Assembly (NCBI RefSeq): GCF_009914755.1
Contig: NC_060931.1
Length of the DNA stretch: 64,000 nucleotides
DNA from: the human T2T-CHM13v2.0 reference genome, Homo sapiens
Direction: 5' to 3' (one strand)
Translations under genes and position numbers: made by a program
Shown: one piece after another, positions 37,119 to 50,300 of the stretch
How the letters are laid out: every line of letters begins with the position of its first letter
How positions within the stretch are numbered: position 1 is the first letter of the stretch
Notes under the pieces: model-generated
What the model saw: the letters and a program-made list of their open reading frames with translations, nothing else
The model's database searches: none
What the model was told of the DNA's origin: nothing

Positions 37119-40100
37119 CAGTTTAGAAACACTCTGCTTGTTATGTCTGCAAGTGGATATTTGGACCTCTTTGAGGCCTTCGTTGCAAACGGGGTTTCTT
37201 CCTTTCATGCTAGACTAAGAAGAGTTCTCAGTAACTTTTTTGTGTTGTGTGTATTCAACTCACAGAGTTGAACCTTGCTTTAGAGAGAGCAGATTTGAAA
37301 CACTCTTGCTGTGGCATTTTCAGGTGGAGATTTCAAGCGATTTGAGGACAATTGCAGAAAAGGAAATATCTTCGTATAATAACCAGACAGAATCATTCTC
37401 AGAAAGTGCTTTGTGATGTGTGCGTTCAACTCACAGAGTTTAACCTTTCTTTTCATAGAGGAGTTTGGAAACACACTGTTTGTAAAGTCTGCAAGTGGAT
37501 ACATGGACCTGTTTGAGGCCTTCGTTGGAAACGGGATTTCTTCATTGAATGCTAGACGGAAGAATTCTCAGTAAATTCTTTGTGTTGTGTGCATTCAACT
37601 CACAGAGTGGAACGTCCCTTTAGACAGAGCAGATTTGAAACACTCTTTTTGCGGAATTTGCAAGTGGAGATTTCTAGCCATTTGATGCCAACAGTAGAAA
37701 GGGAAATATCTTCAAATATAAACCAGACAGAATCATTCTCAGAAAATTCTTTGTGATGTGTGCGTTCAACTCACATAGTTTAACCTTTCTTTTCATAGAG
37801 CAGTTTGGAAACACTCTGTTTGTAAAGTCTGCAAGTGGATATATGGACCGCATTGAGGCCTTCGTTGGAAACGGGATTTCTTCATTTCATGCTAGACAGA
37901 AGAATTCTCAGTAACTTCTTTGTGCTGTGTGTATTCAACTCACAGAGTGGAACGTCCCTTTGCACAGAGCAGATTTGAAACACTCTTTTTGTGGAGTTTG
38001 CAAGTGGAGATTTCAAGCGATTTGATGCCAACAGTAGAAAAGGAAATATCTTCAAATAAAAACTAGACAGAATCATTCTCAGAAACTACTTTGTGATGTG
38101 TGCCTTCAACTCACAGAGTTTAACCTTTCTTTTCTTAGAGCAGTTTAGAAACACTCCGCTTGTTATGTCTGCAAGTGGATATTTGGACCTCTTTGAGGCC
38201 TTCGTTGCAAACGGGGTTTCTTCCTTTCATGCTAGACTAAGAAGAGTTCTCAGTAACTTTTTTGTGTTGTGTGTATTCAACTCACAGAGTTGAACCTTGC
38301 TTTAGAGAGAGCAGATTTGAAACACTCTTGCTGTGGCATTTTCAGGTGGAGATTTCAAGCGATTTGAGGACAATTGCAGAAAAGGAAATATCTTCGTATA
38401 ATAACCAGACAGAATCATTCTCAGAAAGTGCTTTGTGATGTGTGCGTTCAACTCACAGAGTTTAACCTTTCTTTTCATAGAGGAGTTTGGAAACACACTG
38501 TTTGTAAAGTCTGCAAGTGGATATATGGACCTGTTTGAGGCCTTCGTTGGAAACGGGATTTCTTCATTGAATGCTAGACGGAAGAATTCTCAGTAAATTC
38601 TTTGTGTTGTGTGCATTCAACTCACAGAGTGGAACGTCCCTTTAGACAGAGCAGATTTGAAACACTCTTTTTGCGGAATTTGCAAGTGGAGATTTCTAGC
38701 CATTTGATGCCAACAGTAGAAAGGGAAATATCTTCAAATAAAAACCAGACAGAATCATTCTCAGAAAATTCTTTGTGATGTGTGCGTTCAACTCACATAG
38801 TTTAACCTTTCTTTTCATAGAGCAGTTTGGAAACACTCTGTTTGTAAAGTCCGCAAGTGGATATATGGACCGCATTGAGGCCTTCGTTGGAAACGGGATT
38901 TCTTCATTTCATGCTAGACAGAAGAATTCTCAGTAACTTCTTTGTGCTGTGTGTATTCAACTCACAGAGTGGAACGTCCCTTTGCACAGAGCAGATTTGA
39001 AACACTCTTTTTGTGGAGTTTGCAAGTGGAGATTTCAAGCGATTTGATGCCAACAGTAGAAAAGGAAATATCTTCAAATAAAAACTAGACAGAATCATTC
39101 TCAGAAACTACTTTGTGATGTGTGCCTTCAACTCACAGAGTTCAACCTTTCTTTTCTTAGAGCAGTTTAGAAACACTCTGCTTGTTATGTCTGCAAGTGG
39201 ATATTTGGACCTCTTTGAGGCCTTCGTTGCAAACGGGGTTTCTTCCTTTCATGCTAGACTAAGAAGAGTTCTCAGTAACTTTTTTGTGTTGTGTGTATTC
39301 AACTCACAGAGTTGAACCTTGCTTTAGAGAGAGCAGATTTGAAACACTCTTGCTGTGGCATTTTCAGGTGGAGATTTCAAGCGATTTGAGGACAATTGCA
39401 GAAAAGGAAATATCTTCGTATAATAACCAGACAGAATCATTCTCAGAAAGTGCTTTGTGATGTGTGCGTTCAACTCACAGAGTTTAACCTTTCTTTTCAT
39501 AGAGGAGTTTGGAAACACACTGTTTGTAAAGTCTGCAAGTGGATACATGGACCTGTTTGAGGCCTTCGTTGGAAACGGGATTTCTTCATTGAATGCTAGA
39601 CGGAAGAATTCTCAGTAAATTCTTTGTGTTGTGTGCATTCAACTCACAGAGTGGAACGTCCCTTTAGACAGAGCAGATTTGAAACACTCTTTTTGCGGAA
39701 TTTGCAAGTGGAGATTTCTAGCCATTTGATGCCAACAGTAGAAAGGGAAATATCTTCAAATAAAAACCAGACAGAATCATTCTCAGAAAATTCTTTGTGA
39801 TGTGTGCGTTCAACTCACATAGTTTAACCTTTCTTTTCATAGAGCAGTTTGGAAACACTCTGTTTGTAAAGTCTGCAAGTGGATATATGGACCGCATTGA
39901 GGCCTTCGTTGGAAACGGGATTTCTTCATTTCATGCTAGACAGAAGAATTCTCAGTAACTTCTTTGTGCTGTGTGTATTCAACTCACAGAGTGGAACGTC
40001 CCTTTACACAGAGCAGATTTGAAACACTCTTTTTGTGGAGTTTGCAAGTGGAGATTTCAAGCGATTTGATGCCAACAGTAGAAAAGGAAATATCTTCAAA

Positions 40101-43100
40101 TAAAAACTAGACAGAATCATTCTCAGAAACTACTTTGTGATGTGTGCCTTCAACTCACAGAGTTTAACCTTTCTTTTCTTAGAGCAGTTTAGAAACACTC
40201 TGCTTGTTATGTCTGCAAGTGGATATTTGGACCTCTTTGAGGCGTTCGTTGCAAACGGGGTTTCTTCCTTTCATGCTAGACTAAGAAGAGTTCTCAGTAA
40301 CTTTTTTGTGTTGTGTGTATTCAACTCACAGAGTTGAACCTTGCTTTAGAGAGAGCAGATTTGAAACACTCTTGCTGTGGCATTTTCAGGTGGATATTTC
40401 AAGCGATTTGAGGACAATTGCAGAAAAGGAAATATCTTCGTATAATAACCAGACAGAATCATTCTCAGAAAGTGCTTTGTGATGTGTGCGTTCAACTCAC
40501 AGAGTTTAACCTTTCTTTTCATAGAGGAGTTTGGAAACACACTGTTTGTAAAGTCTGCAAGTGGATATATGGACCTGTTTGAGGCCTTCGTTGGAAACGG
40601 GATTTCTTCATTGAATGCTAGACGGAAGAATTCTCAGTAAATTCTTTGTGTTGTGTGCATTCAACTCACAGAGTGGAACGTCCCTTTAGACAGAGCAGAT
40701 TTGAAACACTCTTTTTGCGGAATTTGCAAGTGGAGATTTCTAGCCATTTGATGCCAACAGTAGAAAGGGAAATATCTTCAAATAAAAACCAGACAGAATC
40801 ATTCTCAGAAAATTCTTTGTGATGTGTGCGTTCAACTCACATAGTTTAACCTTTCTTTTCATAGAGCAGTTTGGAAACACTCTGTTTGTAAAGTCTGCAA
40901 GTGGATATATGGACCGCATTGAGGCCTTCGTTGGAAACGGGATTTCTTCATTTCATGCTAGACAGAAGAATTCTCAGTAACTTCTTTGTGCTGTGTGTAT
41001 TCAACTCACAGAGTGGAACGTCCCTTTGCACAGAGCAGATTTGAAACACTCTTTTTGTGGAGTTTGCAAGTGGAGATTTCAAGCGATTTGATGCCAACAG
41101 TAGAAAAGGAAATATCTTCAAATAAAAACTAGACAGAATCATTCTCAGAAACTACTTTGTGATGTGTGCCTTCAACTCACAGAGTTTAACCTTTCTTTTC
41201 TTAGAGCAGTTTAGAAACACTCTGCTTGTTATGTCTGCAAGTGGATATTTGGACCTCTTTGAGGCCTTCGTTGCAAACGGGGTTTCTTCCTTTCATGCTA
41301 GACTAAGAAGAGTTCTCAGTAACTTTTTTGTGTTGTGTGTATTCAACTCACAGAGTTGAACCTTGCTTTAGAGAGAGCAGATTTGAAACACTCTTGCTGT
41401 GGCATTTTCAGGTGGAGATTTCAAGCGATTTGAGGACAATTGCAGAAAAGGAAATATCTTCGTATAATAACCAGACAGAATCATTCTCAGAAAGTGCTTT
41501 GTGATGTGTGCGTTCAACTCACAGAGTTTAACCTTTCTTTTCATAGAGGAGTTTGGAAACACACTGTTTGTAAAGTCTGCAAGTGGATATATGGACCTGT
41601 TTGAGGCCTTCGTTGGAAACGGGATTTCTTCATTGAATGCTAGACGGAAGAATTCTCAGTAAATTCTTTGTGTTGTGTGCATTCAACTCACAGAGTGGAA
41701 CGTCCCTTTAGACAGAGCAGATTTGAAACACTCTTTTTGCGGAATTTGCAAGTGGAGATTTCTAGCCATTTGATGCCAACAGTAGAAAGGGAAATATCTT
41801 CAAATAAAAACCAGACAGAATCATTCTCAGAAAATTCTTTGTGATGTGTGCGTTCAACTCACATAGTTTAACCTTTCTTTTCATAGAGCAGTTTGGAAAC
41901 ACTCTGTTTGTAAAGTCTGCAAGTGGATATATGGACCGCATTGAGGCCTTCGTTGGAAACGGGATTTCTTCATTTCATGCTAGACAGAAGAATTCTCAGT
42001 AACTTCTTTGTGCTGTGTGTATTCAACTCACAGAGTGGAACGTCCCTTTGCACAGAGCAGATTTGAAACACTCTTTTTGTGGAGTTTGCAAGTGGAGATT
42101 TCAAGCGATTTGATGCCAACAGTAGAAAAGGAAATATCTTCAAATAAAAACTAGACAGAATCATTCTCAGAAACTACTTTGTGATGTGTGCCTTCAACTC
42201 ACAGAGTTTAACCTTTCTTTTCTTAGAGCAGTTTAGAAACACTCTGCTTGTTATGTCTGCAAGTGGATATTTGGACCTCTTTGAGGCCTTCGTTGCAAAC
42301 GGGGTTTCTTCCTTTCATGCTAGACTAAGAAGAGTTCTCAGTAACTTTTTTGTGTTGTGTGTATTCAACTCACAGAGTTGAACCTTGCTTTAGAGAGAGC
42401 AGATTTGAAACACTCTTGCTGTGGCATTTTCAGGTGGAGATTTCAAGCGATTTGAGGACAATTGCAGAAAAGGAAATATCTTCGTATAATAACCAGACAG
42501 AATCATTCTCAGAAAGTGCTTTGTGATGTGTGCGTTCAACTCACAGAGTTTAACCTTTCTTTTCATAGAGGAGTTTGGAAACACACTGTTTGTAAAGTCT
42601 GCAAGTGGATACATGGACCTGTTTGAGGCCTTCGTTGGAAACGGGATTTCTTCATTGAATGCTAGACGGAAGAATTCTCAGTAAATTCTTTGTGTTGTGT
42701 GCATTCAACTCACAGAGTGGAACGTCCCTTTAGACAGAGCAGATTTGAAACACTCTTTTTGCGGAATTTGCAAGTGGAGATTTCTAGCCATTTGATGCCA
42801 ACAGTAGAAAGGGAAATATCTTCAAATATAAACCAGACAGAATCATTCTCAGAAAATTCTTTGTGATGTGTGCGTTCAACTCACATAGTTTAACCTTTCT
42901 TTTCATAGAGCAGTTTGGAAACACTCTGTTTGTAAAGTCTGCAAGTGGATATATGGACCGCATTGAGGCCTTCGTTGGAAACGGGATTTCTTCATTTCAT
43001 GCTAGACAGAAGAATTCTCAGTAACTTCTTTGTGCTGTGTGTATTCAACTCACAGAGTGGAACGTCCCTTTGCACAGAGCAGATTTGAAACACTCTTTTT

Positions 43101-46100
43101 GTGGAGTTTGCAAGTGGAGATTTCAAGCGATTTGATGCCAACAGTAGAAAAGGAAATATCTTCAAATAAAAACTAGACAGAATCATTCTCAGAAACTACT
43201 TTGTGATGTGTGCCTTCAACTCACAGAGTTTAACCTTTCTTTTCTTAGAGCAGTTTAGAAACACTCCGCTTGTTATGTCTGCAAGTGGATATTTGGACCT
43301 CTTTGAGGCCTTCGTTGCAAACGGGGTTTCTTCCTTTCATGCTAGACTAAGAAGAGTTCTCAGTAACTTTTTTGTGTTGTGTGTATTCAACTCACAGAGT
43401 TGAACCTTGCTTTAGAGAGAGCAGATTTGAAACACTCTTGCTGTGGCATTTTCAGGTGGAGATTTCAAGCGATTTGAGGACAATTGCAGAAAAGGAAATA
43501 TCTTCGTATAATAACCAGACAGAATCATTCTCAGAAAGTGCTTTGTGATGTGTGCGTTCAACTCACAGAGTTTAACCTTTCTTTTCATAGAGGAGTTTGG
43601 AAACACACTGTTTGTAAAGTCTGCAAGTGGATATATGGACCTGTTTGAGGCCTTCGTTGGAAACGGGATTTCTTCATTGAATGCTAGACGGAAGAATTCT
43701 CAGTAAATTCTTTGTGTTGTGTGCATTCAACTCACAGAGTGGAACGTCCCTTTAGACACAGCAGATTTGAAACACTCTTTTTGCGGAATTTGCAAGTGGA
43801 GATTTCTAGCCATTTGATGCCAACAGTAGAAAGGGAAATATCTTCAAATAAAAACCAGACAGAATCATTCTCAGAAAATTCTTTGTGATGTGTGCGTTCA
43901 ACTCACATAGTTTAACCTTTCTTTTCATAGAGCAGTTTGGAAACACTCTGTTTGTAAAGTCCGCAAGTGGATATATGGACCGCATTGAGGCCTTCGTTGG
44001 AAACGGGATTTCTTCATTTCATGCTAGACAGAAGAATTCTCAGTAACTTCTTTGTGCTGTGTGTATTCAACTCACAGAGTGGAACGTCCCTTTGCACAGA
44101 GCAGATTTGAAACACTCTTTTTGTGGAGTTTGCAAGTGGAGATTTCAAGCGATTTGATGCCAACAGTAGAAAAGGAAATATCTTCAAATAAAAACTAGAC
44201 AGAATCATTCTCAGAAACTACTTTGTGATGTGTGCCTTCAACTCACAGAGTTCAACCTTTCTTTTCTTAGAGCAGTTTAGAAACACTCTGCTTGTTATGT
44301 CTGCAAGTGGATATTTGGACCTCTTTGAGGCCTTCGTTGCAAACGGGGTTTCTTCCTTTCATGCTAGACTAAGAAGAGTTCTCAGTAACTTTTTTGTGTT
44401 GTGTGTATTCAACTCACAGAGTTGAACCTTGCTTTAGAGAGAGCAGATTTGAAACACTCTTGCTGTGGCATTTTCAGGTGGAGATTTCAAGCGATTTGAG
44501 GACAATTGCAGAAAAGGAAATATCTTCGTATAATAACCAGACAGAATCATTCTCAGAAAGTGCTTTGTGATGTGTGCGTTCAACTCACAGAGTTTAACCT
44601 TTCTTTTCATAGAGGAGTTTGGAAACACACTGTTTGTAAAGTCTGCAAGTGGATACATGGACCTGTTTGAGGCCTTCGTTGGAAACGGGATTTCTTCATT
44701 GAATGCTAGACGGAAGAATTCTCAGTAAATTCTTTGTGTTGTGTGCATTCAACTCACAGAGTGGAACGTCCCTTTAGACAGAGCAGATTTGAAACACTCT
44801 TTTTGCGGAATTTGCAAGTGGAGATTTCTAGCCATTTGATGCCAACAGTAGAAAGGGAAATATCTTCAAATAAAAACCAGACAGAATCATTCTCAGAAAA
44901 TTCTTTGTGATGTGTGCGTTCAACTCACATAGTTTAACCTTTCTTTTCATAGAGCAGTTTGGAAACACTCTGTTTGTAAAGTCTGCAAGTGGATATATGG
45001 ACCGCATTGAGGCCTTCGTTGGAAACGGGATTTCTTCATTTCATGCTAGACAGAAGAATTCTCAGTAACTTCTTTGTGCTGTGTGTATTCAACTCACAGA
45101 GTGGAACGTCCCTTTACACAGAGCAGATTTGAAACACTCTTTTTGTGGAGTTTGCAAGTGGAGATTTCAAGCGATTTGATGCCAACAGTAGAAAAGGAAA
45201 TATCTTCAAATAAAAACTAGACAGAATCATTCTCAGAAACTACTTTGTGATGTGTGCCTTCAACTCACAGAGTTTAACCTTTCTTTTCTTAGAGCAGTTT
45301 AGAAACACTCTGCTTGTTATGTCTGCAAGTGGATATTTGGACCTCTTTGAGGCGTTCGTTGCAAACGGGGTTTCTTCCTTTCATGCTAGACTAAGAAGAG
45401 TTCTCAGTAACTTTTTTGTGTTGTGTGTATTCAACTCACAGAGTTGAACCTTGCTTTAGAGAGAGCAGATTTGAAACACTCTTGCTGTGGCATTTTCAGG
45501 TGGATATTTCAAGCGATTTCAGGACAATTGCAGAAAAGGAAATATCTTCGTATAATAACCAGACAGAATCATTCTCAGAAAGTGCTTTGTGATGTGTGCG
45601 TTCAACTCACAGAGTTTAACCTTTCTTTTCATAGAGGAGTTTGGAAACACACTGTTTGTAAAGTCTGCAAGTGGATATATGGACCTGTTTGAGGCCTTCG
45701 TTGGAAACGGGATTTCTTCATTGAATGCTAGACGGAAGAATTCTCAGTAAATTCTTTGTGTTGTGTGCATTCAACTCACAGAGTGGAACGTCCCTTTAGA
45801 CAGAGCAGATTTGAAACACTCTTTTTGCGGAATTTGCAAGTGGAGATTTCTAGCCATTTGATGCCAACAGTAGAAAGGGAAATATCTTCAAATAAAAACC
45901 AGACAGAATCATTCTCAGAAAATTCTTTGTGATGTGTGCGTTCAACTCACATAGTTTAACCTTTCTTTTCATAGAGCAGTTTGGAAACACTCTGTTTGTA
46001 AAGTCTGCAAGTGGATATATGGACCGCATTGAGGCCTTCGTTGGAAACGGGATTTCTTCATTTCATGCTAGACAGAAGAATTCTCAGTAACTTCTTTGTG

Positions 46101-47318
46101 CTGTGTGTATTCAACTCACAGAGTGGAACGTCCCTTTGCACAGAGCAGATTTGAAACACTCTTTTTGTGGAGTTTGCAAGTGGAGATTTCAAGCGATTTG
46201 ATGCCAACAGTAGAAAAGGAAATATCTTCAAATAAAAACTAGACAGAATCATTCTCAGAAACTACTTTGTGATGTGTGCCTTCAACTCACAGAGTTTAAC
46301 CTTTCTTTTCTTAGAGCAGTTTAGAAACACTCTGCTTGTTATGTCTGCAAGTGGATATTTGGACCTCTTTGAGGCCTTCGTTGCAAACGGGGTTTCTTCC
46401 TTTCATGCTAGACTAAGAAGAGTTCTCAGTAACTTTTTTGTGTTGTGTGTATTCAACTCACAGAGTTGAACCTTGCTTTAGAGAGAGCAGATTTGAAACA
46501 CTCTTGCTGTGGCATTTTCAGGTGGAGATTTCAAGCGATTTGAGGACAATTGCAGAAAAGGAAATATCTTCGTATAATAACCAGACAGAATCATTCTCAG
46601 AAAGTGCTTTGTGATGTGTGCGTTCAACTCACAGAGTTTAACCTTTCTTTTCATAGAGGAGTTTGGAAACACACTGTTTGTAAAGTCTGCAAGTGGATAT
46701 ATGGACCTGTTTGAGGCCTTCGTTGGAAACGGGATTTCTTCATTGAATGCTAGACGGAAGAATTCTCAGTAAATTCTTTGTGTTGTGTGCATTCAACTCA
46801 CAGAGTGGAACGTCCCTTTAGACAGAGCAGATTTGAAACACTCTTTTTGCGGAATTTGCAAGTGGAGATTTCTAGCCATTTGATGCCAACAGTAGAAAGG
46901 GAAATATCTTCAAATAAAAACCAGACAGAATCATTCTCAGAAAATTCTTTGTGATGTGTGCGTTCAACTCACATAGTTTAACCTTTCTTTTCATAGAGCA
47001 GTTTGGAAACACTCTGTTTGTAAAGTCTGCAAGTGGATATATGGACCGCATTGAGGCCTTCGTTGGAAACGGGATTTCTTCATTTCATGCTAGACAGAAG
47101 AATTCTCAGTAACTTCTTTGTGCTGTGTGTATTCAACTCACAGAGTGGAACGTCCCTTTGCACAGAGCAGATTTGAAACACTCTTTTTGTGGAGTTTGCA
47201 AGTGGAGATTTCAAGCGATTTGATGCCAACAGTAGAAAAGGAAATATCTTCAAATAAAAACTAGACAGAATCATTCTCAGAAACTACTTTGTGATGTGTG
47301 CCTTCAACTCACAGAGTT
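37119..47318 (+). repeat. 5-HOR (5110 bp) tandem duplication
   Basis: Rare SNVs pair at exactly +5110: 37719/42829, 38157/43267, 40006/45116, 40244/45354, 40395/45505. Confidence 0.88.
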
Positions 47319-50300
47319 CAACCTTTCTTTTCTTAGAGCAGTTTAGAAACACTCTGCTTGTTATGTCTGCAAGTGGATATTTGGACCTCTTTGAGGCCTT
47401 CGTTGCAAACGGGGTTTCTTCCTTTCATGCTAGACTAAGAAGAGTTCTCAGTAACTTTTTTGTGTTGTGTGTATTCAACTCACAGAGTTGAACCTTGCTT
47501 TAGAGAGAGCAGATTTGAAACACTCTTGCTGTGGCATTTTCAGGTGGAGATTTCAAGCGATTTGAGGACAATTGCAGAAAAGGAAATATCTTCGTATAAT
47601 AACCAGACAGAATCATTCTCAGAAAGTGCTTTGTGATGTGTGCGTTCAACTCACAGAGTTTAACCTTTCTTTTCATAGAGGAGTTTGGAAACACACTGTT
47701 TGTAAAGTCTGCAAGTGGATACATGGACCTGTTTGAGGCCTTCGTTGGAAACGGGATTTCTTCATTGAATGCTAGACGGAAGAATTCTCAGTAAATTCTT
47801 TGTGTTGTGTGCATTCAACTCACAGAGTGGAACGTCCCTTTAGACAGAGCAGATTTGAAACACTCTTTTTGCGGAATTTGCAAGTGGAGATTTCTAGCCA
47901 TTTGATGCCAACAGTAGAAAGGGAAATATCTTCAAATAAAAACCAGACAGAATCATTCTCAGCAAATTCTTTGTGATGTGTGCGTTCAACTCACATAGTT
48001 TAACCTTGATTTTCATAGAGCAGTTTGGAAACACTCTGTTTGTAAAGTCTGCAAGTGGATATATGGACCGCATTGAGGCCTTCGTTGGAAACGGGATTTC
48101 TTCATTTCATGCTAGACAGAAGAATTCTCAGTAACTTCTTTGTGCTGTGTGTATTCAACTCACAGAGTGGAACGTCCCTTTGCACAGAGCAGATTTGAAA
48201 CACTCTTTTTGTGGCGTTTGCAAGTGGAGATTTCAAGCGATTTGATGCCAACAGTAGAAAAGGAAATATCTTCAAATAAAAACTAGACAGAATCATTCTC
48301 AGAAACTACTTTGTGATGTGTGCCTTCAACTCACAGAGTTTAACCTTTCTTTTCTTAGAGCAGTTTAGAAACACTCTGCTTGTTATGTCTGCAAGTGGAT
48401 ATTTGGACCTCTTTGAGGCCTTCGTTGCAAACGGGTTTTCTTCCTTTCATGCTAGACTAAGAAGAGTTCTCAGTAACTTTTTTGTGTTGTGTGTATTCAA
48501 CTCACAGAGTTGAACCTTGCTTTAGAGAGAGCAGATTTGAAACACTCTTGCTGTGGCATTTTCAGCTGGAGATTTCAAGCGATTTGAGGACAATTGCAGA
48601 AAAGGAAATATCTTCGTATAATAACCAGACAGAATCATTCTCAGAAAGTGCTTTGTGATGTGTGCGTTCAACTCACAGAGTTTAACCTTTCTTTTCATAG
48701 AGGAGTTTGGAAACACACTGTTTGTAAAGACTGCAAGTGGATACATGGACCTGTTTGAGGCCTTCGTTGGAAACGGGATTTCTTCATTGAATGCTAGACG
48801 GAAGAATTCTCAGTAAATTCTTTGTGTTGTGTGCATTCAACTCACAGAGTGGAACGTCCCTTTAGACAGAGCAGATTTGAAACACTCTTTTTGCGGAATT
48901 TGCAAGTGGAGATTTCTAGCCATTTGATGCCAACAGTAGAAAGGGAAATATCTTCAAATAAAAACCAGACAGAATCATTCTCAGAAAATTCTTTGTGATG
49001 TGTGCGTTCAACTCACATAGTTTAACCTTTCTTTTCATAGAGCAGTTTGGAAACACTCTGTTTGTAAAGTCTGCAAGTGGATATATGGACCGCATTGAGG
49101 CCTTCGTTGGAAACGGGATTTCTTCATTTCATGCTAGACAGAAGAATTCTCAGTAACTTCTTTGTGCCGTGTGTATTCAACTCACAGAGTGGAACGTCCC
49201 TTTGCACAGAGCAGATTTGAAACACTCTTTTTGTGGAGTTTGCAAGTGGAGATTTCAAGCGATTTGATGCCAACAGTAGAAAAGGAAATATCTTCAAATA
49301 AAAACTAGACAGAATCATTCTCAGAAACTACTTTGTGATGTGTGCCTTCAACTCACAGAGTTTAACCTTTCTTTTCTTAGAGCAGTTTAGAAACACTCTG
49401 CTTGTTATGTCTGCAAGTGGATATTTGGACCTCTTTGAGGCCTTCGTTGCAAACGGGGTTTCTTCCTTTCATGCTAGACTAAGAAGAGTTCTCAGTAACT
49501 TTTTTGTGTTGTGTGTATTCAACTCACAGAGTTGAACCTTGCTTTAGAGAGAGCAGATTTGAAACACTCTTGCTGTGGCATTTTCAGGTGGAGATTTCAA
49601 GCGATTTGAGGACAATTGCAGAAAAGGAAATATCTTCGTATAATAACCAGACAGAATCATTCTCAGAAAGTGCTTTGTGATGTGTGCGTTCAACTCACAA
49701 AGTTTAACCTTTCTTTTCATAGAGGAGTTTGGAAACACACTGTTTGTAAAGTCTGCAAGTGGATATATGGACCTGTTTGAGGCCTTCGTTGGAAACGGGA
49801 TTTCTTCATTGAATGCTAGACGGAAGAATTCTCAGTAAATTCTTTGTGTTGTGTGCATTCAACTCACAGAGTGGAACGTCCCTTTAGACAGAGCAGATTT
49901 GAAACACTCTTTTTGCGGAATTTGCAAGTGGAGATTTCTAGCCATTTGATGCCAACAGTAGAAAGGGAAATATCTTCAAATAAAAACCAGACAGAATCAT
50001 TCTCAGCAAATTCTTTGTGATGTGTGCGTTCAACTCACATAGTTTAACCTTTCTTTTCATAGAGCAGTTTGGAAACACTCTGTTTGTAAAGTCTGCAAGT
50101 GGATATATGGACCGCATTGAGGCCTTCGTTGGAAACGGGATTTCTTCATTTCATGCTAGACAGAAGAATTCTCAGTAACTTCTTTGTGCCGTGTGTATTC
50201 AACTCACAGAGTGGAACGTCCCTTTGCACAGAGCAGATTTGAAACACTCTTTTTGTGGAGTTTGCAAGTGGAGATTTCAAGCGATTTGATGCCAACAGTA

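Noticed and set aside
45423-45692. Unique 89-aa ORF
   Set aside because: It arises from one SNV (45520, tga>tca) and has no coding evidence.
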